Source of the DNA: an uncultured delta proteobacterium
Lineage (GTDB): Bacteria; Myxococcota; Myxococcia; Myxococcales; Anaeromyxobacteraceae
Direction: 5' to 3'
NCBI GenBank assembly: GCA_963828255.1
Contig: CAWHDZ010000007.1
Coordinates: forward strand, 1-64,000
DNA length: 64,000 nt
In this document: piece after piece, positions 1 to 9,238 of the stretch
Layout of the letters: every line of letters starts with the position of its first letter
Position numbering within the stretch: position 1 is the stretch's first letter
The notes under the pieces: generated by a model
What the model saw: only the letters and a program-made list of their open reading frames with translations
What the model was told of the DNA's origin: nothing
Databases searched by the model: none
Position numbers and translations under genes: made by a program

Positions 1-860
1 CGCACGGCCCGTCCGGGAGGCTTTGGCCCCCAGCGATCCGGCGAGGTGGGGCCGAAGACGGCCAGCACCGGGGTCTCGACCGCCCCGGCCAGGTGGACCG
101 GCCCGGAGTCGCAGGAGACGAGCAGGTCCACCGCGGCGAGCCCGGCAGCCAGCCCCTCCACCGGCAGGCGGGTGAGGTCGCCGGCAACCGGGGCGTGCAG
201 CGCGGCGCGGAAGCGGGCCAGCGCCTCGGCGTCGCCCGGCCCACCGGCCAGGATGACGCTCGCCCCCGCGGCCGACAGCGCTTCGGCGACCTCGGCGAAG
301 CGCTCGGCGGGCCAGAGCTTGGTGGCGCGGCTCGCCCCGGGCGCGAAGGCCACCCGGGGACGGGGGGCCGAGGCGAGCGCCGCGGCGGCGGCGTCGCGGG
401 CCGTGCCCGAGAGCGCCACCTGGGTCGGTCCGGCCCGGTCGATTCCCAGCGGCCGCAGCACCTCGGCGTAGATCTCGGTGGCGTGCGGCCCGTGCACCGG
501 CGGGTCCACGCCGAGGAGCGCCAGCGCGGCCTGGCGGGGCGTCCGGCGCCGGAAGACCAGCTGCCTTCGCCCCGCGGCCCGGGCCACCACCGCGCTCTTC
601 ACCTTGTTCTGGAGGTCGATGGCGAGGTCGAAGCGCCCCCGCAGCGTGACCGCGAGGTCCACGGCCTCGCGGATTCCGCCACGGCCGATCCGGTGGACCC
701 GCTCCACGTCCGGGAGCCCCTCGAGGAGGGGAGCGTAGGCCGGCGAGGTCACCCATTCGATGCGGGCCCCGGGAAAGCGCGCCCGCAGGGGCTCGAGCAC
801 CGAGGTGGCCAGGACCACGTCGCCGAGCGCGCTGTAGCGGATGACCAGGACGGAACGCAA
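1..860 (-). CDS. Glycosyltransferase family 9 (LPS heptosyltransferase-like), 3' end outside window
   Basis: Manual translation from TTG at 860: MRSVLVIRYSALGDVVLATSVLEPLRARFPGARIEW...FDLAIDLQ...APGASRATKLWPAERF...VSCDSGPVHLAGAVETPVLAVFGPT; GT9 motifs. Confidence 0.9.
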   Translation of the reverse strand, partial: MRSVLVIRYSALGDVVLATSVLEPLRARFPGARIEWVTSPAYAPLLEGLPDVERVHRIGRGGIREAVDLAVTLRGRFDLAIDLQNKVKSAVVARAAGRRQLVFRRRTPRQAALALLGVDPPVHGPHATEIYAEVLRPLGIDRAGPTQVALSGTARDAAAAALASAPRPRVAFAPGASRATKLWPAERFAEVAEALSAAGASVILAGGPGDAEALARFRAALHAPVAGDLTRLPVEGLAAGLAAVDLLVSCDSGPVHLAGAVETPVLAVFGPTSPDRWGPKPPGRAV

Positions 861-868
861 CGGTGGGG

Positions 869-889
869 ATGATAGGCTGTGGCTATCAT
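869..889. promoter_or_regulatory. OxyR/LysR-type operator ATGATAG-N7-CTATCAT
   Basis: Perfect 7-bp inverted repeat containing ATAG-N7-CTAT, lying between divergent genes and overlapping the LysR start codon. Confidence 0.7.
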
Positions 890-1876
890 GAGGTCCAGCC
901 ACCATCCCTTCACCTTGCGGCAGCTCCAGTACGCCGCGGCCGTCGCCGACCTGCGCTCCTTCCGGCGCGCCGCCGAGCGCTGCCACGTGTCGCAGCCCTC
1001 CCTCTCGGCCCAGGTGATCCAGCTCGAGGAGCAGCTGGGGGTGCGGCTCTTCGAGCGCGCCTCGCGGAAGGTCATCATCACGGCCGCCGGCGAGGCGGTG
1101 CTCACCCGGCTGCGGCGGCTCCTGCTCGAGGCCGACGACCTGGCCGACAGCGTCCGGCAACTGGGCGACCCGCTGGCGGGCACGCTGCGGCTCGGCGTCA
1201 TCCCCACCGTCTCGCCCTACCTGCTCCCCGAGATCGTCCCGGAGCTCCGGGCGCGCCACCCGGCGCTCTCGGCGGTCTGGGTCGAGGACAAGACCGAGAA
1301 CCTGATCGAGGCGCTGCGGGAGGGGCGGATCGACGGCGCGCTGCTCGCGCTCGAGGCGCCGCTCGGGGAGGTGGAGAAGGAGGTCGTGTGCGAGGACCCT
1401 TTCGTGCTCGCGGCCCCGCCCAGCCACCCGCTCGTCCAGTCGAGCTCCCCGGCGACGCCCAGGAGCTCCGCGGCGCCGGCTTCCTGCTGCTCGACGACGG
1501 ACACTGCTTCCGCGATCAGGCGCTCGCCTACTGCGCGTCGGCGCGGGGGCGGGAGCTCGACTTCCGCGCCACCAGCCTGGCCACGCTGGCCCAGATGGTG
1601 GCCGGGGGCGCGGGGATCACGCTGCTCCCGCGCCTCTCCCTGCCGGTGGAGAACCGGCGCTCCGAGCTCGCCGTGCGGAGGATCGCGAGCCCGTCTCCCC
1701 GCCGGACCCTGGCGCTGGTCTGGCGGCCGCGCTCCCCCCTCGGTCCGGCCCTGCGGCGCCTGGCCACTACCATCCGTGAAGCCTGCGCGGGCGCCGAGCC
1801 GAGGCTGGAGGCGGCCGTCGGGGGGAAGGCCCCGGTGCGCTCCCGGGGCGGGGCCGGAAGGAAGGGCGCGCCGTGA
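888..1876 (+). CDS. oxyR: Hydrogen-peroxide-inducible LysR regulator (OxyR), split by a frameshift near 1458
   Basis: N-terminal HTH TLRQLQY...SFRRAAERCHVSQPSLSAQ in frame 879; C-terminal LLDDGHCFRDQALAYC...ATSLATLAQMVAGG in frame 863; frames join at GCGACGCCCAGGAG (one base missing). Confidence 0.85.
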
Positions 1877-1979
1877 TCCTGGCCTGGCTGCCAACCTCGA
1901 CATGCGCTCCGGACGGCCAGAAGCTCGACACGGGGCCCGTTCCGACCGAGCATCCCACATGTGAGGTGGATGTAAGCGC

Positions 1980-2723
1980 ATGTGGGGAAGGGCGGAGGCG
2001 GCCGTGGAGACTCGGGAAAGCGGAGAGCGTGGTGACGTGGAGGTGGCGCTCGACCTGGTCTTCGGCGCCAACCGTCCCACCAGCGCGAGCGGGGAGGGGT
2101 TCCGCCGCGAGGTCCGGGAGGCGTTCCGGCGCCGCGCGCTCGAGACACATCCCGACCGAGCCCATGCCCTCGGCCGCAGCGAGTCGAGCCTCGCCGAGGA
2201 GTTCCGCCAAATCTTCGAGGCCTACGCGTTCCTGTCGCGGGAGGAGGCCCCCCCGCCGCCGCGCCCGGTCGCGCAGCGACACCGGGAACCGGCCTCCCGC
2301 CCGCCCCGGGACCACCTGAGCCGCGCTCCCCTGCCGCACCGCCCGCTCCTCTTCGCCGAGTTCCTCTACTACTCGGGCCGTGCCTCCTGGCGAAACCTCG
2401 TGGAAGCCGTCTCCTGGCAGCGCCGCCAGCGCCCCTCCATCGGGCGGATCGCCGTCGAGTGGGGCCACCTCTCCGACGACGAGGTGCGGGAGATCCTCGA
2501 CCGCCGCCGCCGCGACCGGGTGGAGGAGCCTTTCGGCGAGTACGCGCGCCGGCAGGGGTTCCTCTCCGGAGGGCAGCTGCTTGCGCTGCTCGGGCGGCAG
2601 CGGCGGCTCCAGCGCCGGATCGGCCAGTTCTTCGTGGAGATCGGGCTGGTCCGCGAGCAGGAGATCCCCTCCCTCGACGCCGACCTGTCCCGCCACAACG
2701 CGCGCTGGCGACGCAGCGCCTGA
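1980..2723 (+). CDS. J-domain protein with C-terminal MshEN-like repeats (start uncertain)
   Basis: VREAFRRRALETHPDRA...FRQIFEAYAFL (HPD motif); repeated IG/FG-x6-G-x-L motifs. Confidence 0.75.
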   Translation: MWGRAEAAVETRESGERGDVEVALDLVFGANRPTSASGEGFRREVREAFRRRALETHPDRAHALGRSESSLAEEFRQIFEAYAFLSREEAPPPPRPVAQRHREPASRPPRDHLSRAPLPHRPLLFAEFLYYSGRASWRNLVEAVSWQRRQRPSIGRIAVEWGHLSDDEVREILDRRRRDRVEEPFGEYARRQGFLSGGQLLALLGRQRRLQRRIGQFFVEIGLVREQEIPSLDADLSRHNARWRRSA

Positions 2724-2768
2724 GGGGCGCTACAATCGGACTCCACCCGCTGCCAGCGGAGGCAAGAC

Positions 2769-3065
2769 ATGGCGACCAGGGCCGAGTGGTTCAGGTACAA
2801 CACCGAGCGCGCCGGACCGAAGAAGCCGAAGGCGGTGAAGAAGGCGAAGCCCGGTCCGAAGCCCCACAACCTGTCCGAGAAGGACCGGAAGGCGCTCTAC
2901 GCCTTCGAGGACCACGCGCCGGGAACGCGCCCCTCGCGCAAGTCCACCCGGAAGGGTTCGAACCGCCAGAAGACCGACGCGAAGGCACGCCTGACGCGGG
3001 CCAAGTCGGAGGTGGTGCCGCGAAAGCCGGTGCGCCCCCGTCGGGCCATCACCACCGTGCGCTGA
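2769..3065 (+). CDS. Small Lys/Arg-rich hypothetical protein
   Basis: 98-aa ORF, GGAGG RBS upstream, strong GC3 bias. Confidence 0.7.
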   Translation: MATRAEWFRYNTERAGPKKPKAVKKAKPGPKPHNLSEKDRKALYAFEDHAPGTRPSRKSTRKGSNRQKTDAKARLTRAKSEVVPRKPVRPRRAITTVR

Positions 3066-3114
3066 GCGGTCTAGACTGACGGCGAAGGTCGGTTCCAGCC
3101 CAGGGAGGCGCAGG

Positions 3115-4266
3115 ATGGCCGTCTCGATCGGAAATCCCGTGGCGCGGGGCGGATGGCTGCTCGCGCTGGTCGTCGTGGTCGTCGCGTCGGGCTGTAGCTC
3201 GACCTCGACCACCTGTCCGACCGGCCAGACGTCCTGCGGCGGGGTCTGCGTGGACCTCGCGTCGAACCCCCTGTACTGCGGCGCCTGCAACGTGTCCTGC
3301 AACGCCGGGGCGAGCTGTGTCGGCGGCTTCTGCGCTTGCCCGGCCGGCCAGGCCTCCTGCGGGCTGGTCTGCGTGGACCAGCAGACCGACCCGGCGAACT
3401 GCGGGAGGTGCGGTCGCTCCTGCGGCCTCGGGACCTGCGCGGCCGGGGCCTGCGTCTGCAACACCACGCCGGCCACCGTGGGGCTCTGCCCGAACGACCC
3501 CACCACCGGCACCTGCGTCGACAAGGCCTCGAGCGGGGCCAACTGCGGGGCCTGTGGCAACGTCTGCATCCCTGCCACCACCTGCTCGACCGGGACCTGC
3601 CAGTGCCTTGCTCCCAACACCACCTGCCAGCCCGGGACCCCCGCGGAGGTCTGCACCAACCTCCAGACCGACCGCGCCAACTGCGGATCCTGTGGCCACG
3701 CCTGCAGCTCCGGGTACTCCTGCGCGGCCGGGGGCTGCCAGCTCGTCTGCGCAACCGGCCTCACCAATTGCACCGGCGTCTGCGTGGACACCCGGATCGA
3801 CCCCGCCAACTGCGGCGCCTGTGGCAACGCCTGCGGCTCGGACAAGAGCTGCGCGGCCGGCGTCTGCCAGGCAGCGTGCACCGCCCTGACATGCGGGGGC
3901 ACCTGTTGCTCGGCCCCCGTCGCCGGCAACTCCTGCTGTGATACGTCGTGCCCATCGCAGCACAGAAACTTCGTGGGAACGCCTTTCGAGCAGACCTACT
4001 ACAACTGCGACCCACCCTCCGTCTGGAACCTGGGCACGGCCCAGACCGCCGCGCGGGCCTGGGCTCCAGGGGGCAACCAGATCACGCCGACCCAGTCGTG
4101 CCCGGCGGTGGGAGGGTCGCTCTGCCTCGTGTGGCAGAAGCCGATCCTCAGCACCGAGATCGGTTGCGCGGTCTTCTGCTACTCCGGTGCGTTCGAGGGG
4201 GCTGCAACGGTCACGACCGACTACACCTGCCCCTGCCCGACGCAGCAGCAGATCGACTGGTACTGA
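3115..4266 (+). CDS. Cys-rich repeat lipoprotein (STIG1/myxobacterial Cys-rich repeat-like)
   Basis: Lipobox-like VASGC; five CxD/N-x7-CGxCxxxC repeats; 55 Cys by manual count. Confidence 0.8.
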   Translation: MAVSIGNPVARGGWLLALVVVVVASGCSSTSTTCPTGQTSCGGVCVDLASNPLYCGACNVSCNAGASCVGGFCACPAGQASCGLVCVDQQTDPANCGRCGRSCGLGTCAAGACVCNTTPATVGLCPNDPTTGTCVDKASSGANCGACGNVCIPATTCSTGTCQCLAPNTTCQPGTPAEVCTNLQTDRANCGSCGHACSSGYSCAAGGCQLVCATGLTNCTGVCVDTRIDPANCGACGNACGSDKSCAAGVCQAACTALTCGGTCCSAPVAGNSCCDTSCPSQHRNFVGTPFEQTYYNCDPPSVWNLGTAQTAARAWAPGGNQITPTQSCPAVGGSLCLVWQKPILSTEIGCAVFCYSGAFEGAATVTTDYTCPCPTQQQIDWY

Positions 4267-4292
4267 CCGGCGGCAGGCGGCGCGGCCGGCGA

Positions 4293-4974
4293 TCAGAGCC
4301 CGAGGATGACCTTCTCGTAGTACAGAGCGGCCGGAACCCCGCTCGAGCGGGCCCGTGTCCGCGCCGCCTCGATGGCGGTCCGGAAGGTCGAGGCCGGCTT
4401 GGCGCCGACGATGGCGGCGCCGTTCACGACGAACGTCGGGGTCCCTTGGATGCCCAGGCGCGCGCCGAGATCCATGTCAGCGGAGACGATGGCGTCTGGG
4501 GCCTGGTCCGACCGGCAGGCCTGCCAGGCGGTCACGTCGAGCCCGGCCCGGCTGGCGACGGATGCGAGCGCCGCCTCGAAGTCGGATCCGCCGAAGAGTG
4601 CGGCCTGCTCCCCGAAGACGAGATCGTGGAACTCCCAGAATCGCCCCTGCGCGTGGGCGCAGGTCGCCGCCACCGCGGCCGGGCGGGCACGGCCGTGAAT
4701 GGAGAGCGGGAAGTGCTTGAACACGAGACGCACGTCGCCGCCGAACTCCGGCAGCACCGTGGCAAGCGTGGGTTGAACCGCGCCACAGTAGGGGCACTGG
4801 AAGTCGGAGAAGGTGACGATGGTGACCCAGGCGTCGGCCGGTCCGTCCACGGGCGAGTTCCCGACCGGGACCTTGAGCACCGTCGAATCCGTCGCTCGCA
4901 TCCGAGCCGCAGGCGGCGAGCGCGAGCGCCAGGGTGGCGGCGAGGGTCGACTTCGTGAGGGTGGCGATGTCCAT
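4293..4974 (-). CDS. DsbA-like thioredoxin lipoprotein, frameshift near 4897
   Basis: FSDFQCPYC, VFKHFPL, GIQGTPTF; lipoprotein signal MDIATLTKSTLAATLALALAAC lies in another frame. Confidence 0.85.
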
Positions 4975-5006
4975 GGCGGCTCCGCGATCCGTCGAGGCGG
5001 CGCAAT

Positions 5007-5609
5007 CTAGCACGGGGGCTCGAGGCCGAGCCGCACGATGTCCTCCGGCGTGTTCACGTTCTCGAGGCAGCGTCCGTCCGGGTCCACCTCGCGCCATTCC
5101 CGGGCGGGCACCACGCGCGCGCCAATCTCCGCGGCGATGGCCCGCAGCGACGGGTCCCCCTCCCGGAGCATCCGCTCCACCGCGGGGAGCGCGCCCCGCG
5201 ACCAGAAGGCGTGCAGCCCCTCCAGCCCACGCTCCCACTCGACGAGGACGGCCGGGGCCCCGTCGCGGCGGGCGGCGAGGTGGCGGATGGGCCCCTCCGC
5301 GAGGAAGGGCATGTCGCAGGCGGCGGTGAAGATCCACCCGGTGCGCGCGCCCCGGAGCGCCGCGTGCAGGCCGCCCGGCGCGCCCTTGCCGGTGATCGCG
5401 TCGGGGACCACCCGCACCCCCAGCGCGACCCAGGGCCCCGGGTCGTTCGCGACCACCAGGACCTCCTCGAAGAGATCGCGGAAGAGCGCCAGGGAGCGCT
5501 CCGCCACCGGGACGCCCCGGAGACGCACGAACCCCTTGGCCGCTCCCCCCAGGCGCCGCGCCTGTCCGCCGGCAACGAGGACGCCGGTGCTGTCGGGAAT
5601 CCGCTCCAC
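5007..5609 (-). CDS. mobA: Molybdenum cofactor guanylyltransferase
   Basis: GVLVAGGQARRLGG..K, GAPGGLHAAL, ACDMPF, NVNTPED. Confidence 0.9.
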   Translation of the reverse strand: MERIPDSTGVLVAGGQARRLGGAAKGFVRLRGVPVAERSLALFRDLFEEVLVVANDPGPWVALGVRVVPDAITGKGAPGGLHAALRGARTGWIFTAACDMPFLAEGPIRHLAARRDGAPAVLVEWERGLEGLHAFWSRGALPAVERMLREGDPSLRAIAAEIGARVVPAREWREVDPDGRCLENVNTPEDIVRLGLEPPC

Positions 5610-5679
5610 GGACCGGAGCTTACCGCGCGCCGCACGGCCGCGGTGGCGGCAGCGACGCCCCTCTGCTACAAGACCGCGC

Positions 5680-6003
5680 GTGACTCCCGAGCAGCGCCTC
5701 GAGGCCTTTCGCAAGATCGTGGAGCGCAGCCCGGATGACCCGTTCGCGCGCTACTCGCTGGCCATGGGTCAGCGCGGGGCCGGGCAGCTCGACGACGCCG
5801 TCCGGTCCTTCGAGGAGCTGGCGGGGCGCGTCCCCGGGTACGTCCCGACCTATCTCATGTGGGGCCAGGCGCTCGAGATGCTGGACCGCGGTGCCGAGGC
5901 TGCGGGGGTCTACGATCGGGGCATCCGGGCGGCGCGCCAGTCCGGGAACGACCACGCGCTCTCGGAGCTGACGCAGGCCCGCGAGGCGCTCGGGACGTCC
6001 TAG
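5680..6003 (+). CDS. TPR-repeat protein
   Basis: PDDPFARYSLAM...PGYVPTYLMWGQALE...AAGVYDRGI. Confidence 0.8.
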   Translation: MTPEQRLEAFRKIVERSPDDPFARYSLAMGQRGAGQLDDAVRSFEELAGRVPGYVPTYLMWGQALEMLDRGAEAAGVYDRGIRAARQSGNDHALSELTQAREALGTS

Positions 6004-6045
6004 CAGCGAGCCGGCCAGCCCGGCGGAGACCAGGAGAGCAACGGC

Positions 6046-6831
6046 ATGAGCGGACTGATGCAGGGAAAGAGGGCGTTCGTCACCGGGGTCGCCAACGACC
6101 GCAGCATCGCCTGGGCCATCGCCCAGCAGTTCAAGGCCGAGGGGGCGGAGCTGGCCTTCTCGTACCCCGGCGAGGCCATGGGCAAGCGCACCATCCCCCT
6201 GGTGAAGACCCTGAACCCCGCCGCCGTGCTCGACGTCGACGTGTCGAGCGACGAGCAGATCGACGCCGCCGTGAAGGAGGTCGGGAAGGTCTGGGACTCG
6301 GTGGACGTGCTGGTCCACGCCATCGGCTACGCGCCCCGCGAGGCCCTCGACGGACGCTTCACCGACGTCACCACCCGTGAAGCCTGGCGCATCACCATGG
6401 ACGTCTCGGCCTACTCGCTCATCGCGCTGGCCCGCGCCTTCCGCCCCATGATGCGCCCCGGGTCGAGCATCGTCACCCTGAGCTACTACGGAGCCGAGAA
6501 GGTCGTGACCAACTACAACGTCATGGGGGTCGCCAAGGCCGCCCTGGAGGCCTCGGTGCGCTACCTGGCCGAGGACATGGGGCGCGAGGGGATCCGCGTG
6601 AACGCCATCAGCGCGGGTCCGCTCAAGACCCTGGCGGCGGCCGGCATCAAGGGCATGCGCACCATGCTCGGCGAGAACGCATCGAAGACGCCGCTGCGCC
6701 GCAACATCGAGCACGACGAGGTGGGCAAGGCGGCCCTCTTCCTCTGCTCGTCGCTGGGCTCCGGGGTCACCGGCGAGACCCTCTACGTGGACGCCGGCCA
6801 GAACATCATGGGCGTGGTGTCGATGGGGTAG
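6046..6831 (+). CDS. fabI: Enoyl-ACP reductase
   Basis: GVANDRSIAWAIA, YNVMGVAKAALEASVRYLA, RVNAISAGPLKTLAA. Confidence 0.95.
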   Translation: MSGLMQGKRAFVTGVANDRSIAWAIAQQFKAEGAELAFSYPGEAMGKRTIPLVKTLNPAAVLDVDVSSDEQIDAAVKEVGKVWDSVDVLVHAIGYAPREALDGRFTDVTTREAWRITMDVSAYSLIALARAFRPMMRPGSSIVTLSYYGAEKVVTNYNVMGVAKAALEASVRYLAEDMGREGIRVNAISAGPLKTLAAAGIKGMRTMLGENASKTPLRRNIEHDEVGKAALFLCSSLGSGVTGETLYVDAGQNIMGVVSMG

Positions 6832-7471
6832 GGCGCGCGGCGTCGTCCCCGGCGTAGGGATTCTGGCGCCGCTCCTCGCCGAGCGTGCCCCCCGGGCCGT
6901 GCCCCGGGAAGAAGCGGACGTCGTCGCCGAGCGGGAAGAGCCGCTCGCGGATGGAGCGCAAGAGCTCGGGCCCGTTGCCCCCCGGCAGGTCGGTGCGCCC
7001 CACCGAACCCGCGAAGAGCGTGTCGCCGCAGAAGAGCGCCCCGTCCGCCGGGAAGAAGAGGCACACGCCGCCCGGGCTGTGTCCCGGCGTGTGGATCACC
7101 CGGCCCTCCTGGGTCCCCACCCGGACGGAGTCGCCGTCGGAGAGGAAGGACGTGACCGGAGGCGAACGGGCCACGCCGAAGCCCAGGCCGGCAGCCTGTC
7201 CGGGCAGCGCCCGCAGGAAGGGCTCGTCGGAGGCGTGGATGCGAAAGGGGGCGCCGGTCCTCCGGCAGAGCTCCTCGGCCCCCACGACGTGGTCCACGTG
7301 GCCGTGGGTGGCGAGGACGCCGCCGATGCGGAAGTCGGGCTGGGCGAGGCCGAGAACCCGGGCGGTCTCGCCCCCCGGGTCGATCACCAGCGCGTCACCC
7401 GTCGCCGGGTCGGCGACGAGCCAGGTGTTCTCGGAGAAGGGTCCGACGACCGCCTGGCGGACGACGATCAA
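6806..7471 (-). CDS. MBL-fold metallo-hydrolase (GloB/YcbL-like)
   Basis: THGHVDHV, HTPGHSPG, GDTLFAGSVGRTDLPGG, PGHG. Confidence 0.9.
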   Translation of the reverse strand: MIVVRQAVVGPFSENTWLVADPATGDALVIDPGGETARVLGLAQPDFRIGGVLATHGHVDHVVGAEELCRRTGAPFRIHASDEPFLRALPGQAAGLGFGVARSPPVTSFLSDGDSVRVGTQEGRVIHTPGHSPGGVCLFFPADGALFCGDTLFAGSVGRTDLPGGNGPELLRSIRERLFPLGDDVRFFPGHGPGGTLGEERRQNPYAGDDAARPTPSTPRP

Positions 7472-7477
7472 GGCCGG

Positions 7478-7864
7478 CTAGGCCGAGAAGGACGAGCCGC
7501 AGCCGCAGGTGTTCTTGGCGTTCGGGTTGATGAACTTGAACCCGGCGCCCTGGAGCCCCTGGATGTAGTCCACCGTGACGCCCTGGAGGTACATGGCGCT
7601 CATGGGGTCCACGTAGAGCTTGAGGCTGCTGGTCTGCTCGAGGACGAGGTCGCCGTCCTTGGCGTCCTTCTCGAAGTCCATCGTGTACTGGAAGCCGGAG
7701 CACCCGCCGCCGGCGACGCCGACGCGGATCCCGTGACCGGCGAGACCCTCCTGCTCGATGGCGGCGATGACCATCTCGACGGCCTTGTCGGTGAAGGAGA
7801 CGAAGTTGGGGACCTCGCTGGCGAGGTCCTGGGAGACGGGCGCGGTGGCGGTGGCAGTTTCCAT
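7478..7864 (-). CDS. erpA: A-type Fe-S carrier (IscA/ErpA, HesB family)
   Basis: GGGCSGFQY and C-terminal NPNAKNTCGCGSSF. Confidence 0.9.
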   Translation of the reverse strand: METATATAPVSQDLASEVPNFVSFTDKAVEMVIAAIEQEGLAGHGIRVGVAGGGCSGFQYTMDFEKDAKDGDLVLEQTSSLKLYVDPMSAMYLQGVTVDYIQGLQGAGFKFINPNAKNTCGCGSSFSA

Positions 7865-7873
7865 GGTGCTCCC

Positions 7874-7903
7874 TTCTTAATGGACCGGGCCGGTCCAGGC
7901 AAT
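7874..7903 (-). promoter_or_regulatory. erpA promoter (TTGCCT-17-TAAGAA) with GGACC-N5-GGTCC operator between -35 and -10
   Basis: TGGACCGG-G-CCGGTCCA palindrome at 7881-7897; same core as the suf operator. Confidence 0.6.
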
Positions 7904-7947
7904 CGGCGAAGGCGGGACCCCCGGGTAAAGGGGCGTTCGCCCCCGGA

Positions 7948-8652
7948 TCAGCCCGGAATTCCGAGGTGTCTTCCGCCGTCCACCGGGACGAGCGCCCCGG
8001 TCACGAACGGGGAGTCGGCGAGGAATCGCACCGCCCGGGCCACGTCCTCCGGAGCGCCCACCCGGCGGAGCGGGATGCGCCGCGCAAGCCTCCGCCGCGC
8101 TCCGGCGGTGTAGCTCTCCGGCCAGAGCACCGTCCCCGGCGCCACCCCGTTCACCCGCACCGACGGCGCGAGCTCGAGGGCCAGCGCCTCGGTCACCGCG
8201 CGCAGCGCCGCCTTGGACGCCCCGTAGGCGGAGTAGCTGGCCCAGGGGACGATGGCGCCGCCCACGTCGATCACGTTCACCACCAATCCGCGTGCCCGGC
8301 GGAGCAGCGGCAGGAGCGCGCGGGTGAGGAGCAGCGGCGCCCGGGCGTTCAGCGCCATCTGGGCGTCGAAGAGCGCCGCGTCGGTGTCCTCGACGGCGCG
8401 CCGCTCGAAGAGGGCGGCGCTGTTCACGAGCAGGTCGAGCCGGTCGAAGCGCTTGCGGAAGGCGCGGGCCAGCGACGACGGGCCGTCGGGCAGGGAGAGG
8501 TCGCCGCGGATGCCGAGCAGCGTGCGCGGCGGGCGATGGGAGTGGAAGTGGGCCACCACCTCCCAGCCGTTGCGGGAGAGGTCCAGCGCGATGGCCCGGC
8601 CCACCCGCGTCCCGGCGCCGGTGACGAGCGCGACACGCCGGCGGGGCGCCAT
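7948..8652 (-). CDS. SDR oxidoreductase (pteridine reductase-like)
   Basis: ALVTGAGTRVG, LVNSAA, YGASKAAL, RVNGVAPG, VDGGRHL. Confidence 0.85.
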   Translation of the reverse strand: MAPRRRVALVTGAGTRVGRAIALDLSRNGWEVVAHFHSHRPPRTLLGIRGDLSLPDGPSSLARAFRKRFDRLDLLVNSAALFERRAVEDTDAALFDAQMALNARAPLLLTRALLPLLRRARGLVVNVIDVGGAIVPWASYSAYGASKAALRAVTEALALELAPSVRVNGVAPGTVLWPESYTAGARRRLARRIPLRRVGAPEDVARAVRFLADSPFVTGALVPVDGGRHLGIPG

Positions 8653-8653
8653 G

Positions 8654-9211
8654 TCAGCCGCCCTTCCGCGGGAGCCAGAGGGTCTCGGCGACGCCGGAGC
8701 GCAGGTTCTCGGCGCGGGCGGCCTCGAAGAGGAAGTCGGAGAGCCGGTTCAGGTAGACCACCACCGCGGGGTCGATGGGGACGAGGTGCGAGAGGGCCAC
8801 CGAGCGCCGCTCGGCGCGGCGGCAGGTGGCCCGGGCCACGTGGAGCGCGGCGGCGGCGGCCGTTCCTCCCGGGAGCACGAAGGCGGTGAGGGCAGCCAGC
8901 TCCTCGTCCCAGCGGTCCATCCGGCGCTCGAGCGCCTCGGCCCACTCGCCCCGGACGCCGGGGAGCGCCCCGTGGGCCCGGGCGTCGTGCGGCGTGGCCA
9001 GCTCGGCCCCGACCGCGAAAAGCTCGGACTGGATGCGGGCCAGCTCGGAGTCCACCTCCGCCGCGGGCGCGAGGGCCCGGGCGAGACCGATGGCGGCGTT
9101 CAGCTCGTCCACCGCCCCGTAGGCCTCGACGCGGGCGTCGTCCTTGGGGACGCGACCGCCCCCGAAGAGGCTGGTCTCCCCACCGTCGCCGGTCTTCGTG
9201 TAGATCTTCAT
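8654..9211 (-). CDS. pduO: ATP:cob(I)alamin adenosyltransferase (PduO type)
   Basis: MKIYTKTGDGGET, AYGAVDELN, FVLPGG, RRAERR, YLNRLSDFLF. Confidence 0.93.
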   Translation of the reverse strand: MKIYTKTGDGGETSLFGGGRVPKDDARVEAYGAVDELNAAIGLARALAPAAEVDSELARIQSELFAVGAELATPHDARAHGALPGVRGEWAEALERRMDRWDEELAALTAFVLPGGTAAAAALHVARATCRRAERRSVALSHLVPIDPAVVVYLNRLSDFLFEAARAENLRSGVAETLWLPRKGG

Positions 9212-9238
9212 GACAACGCCTTGCTATCAGCGCCCGAC

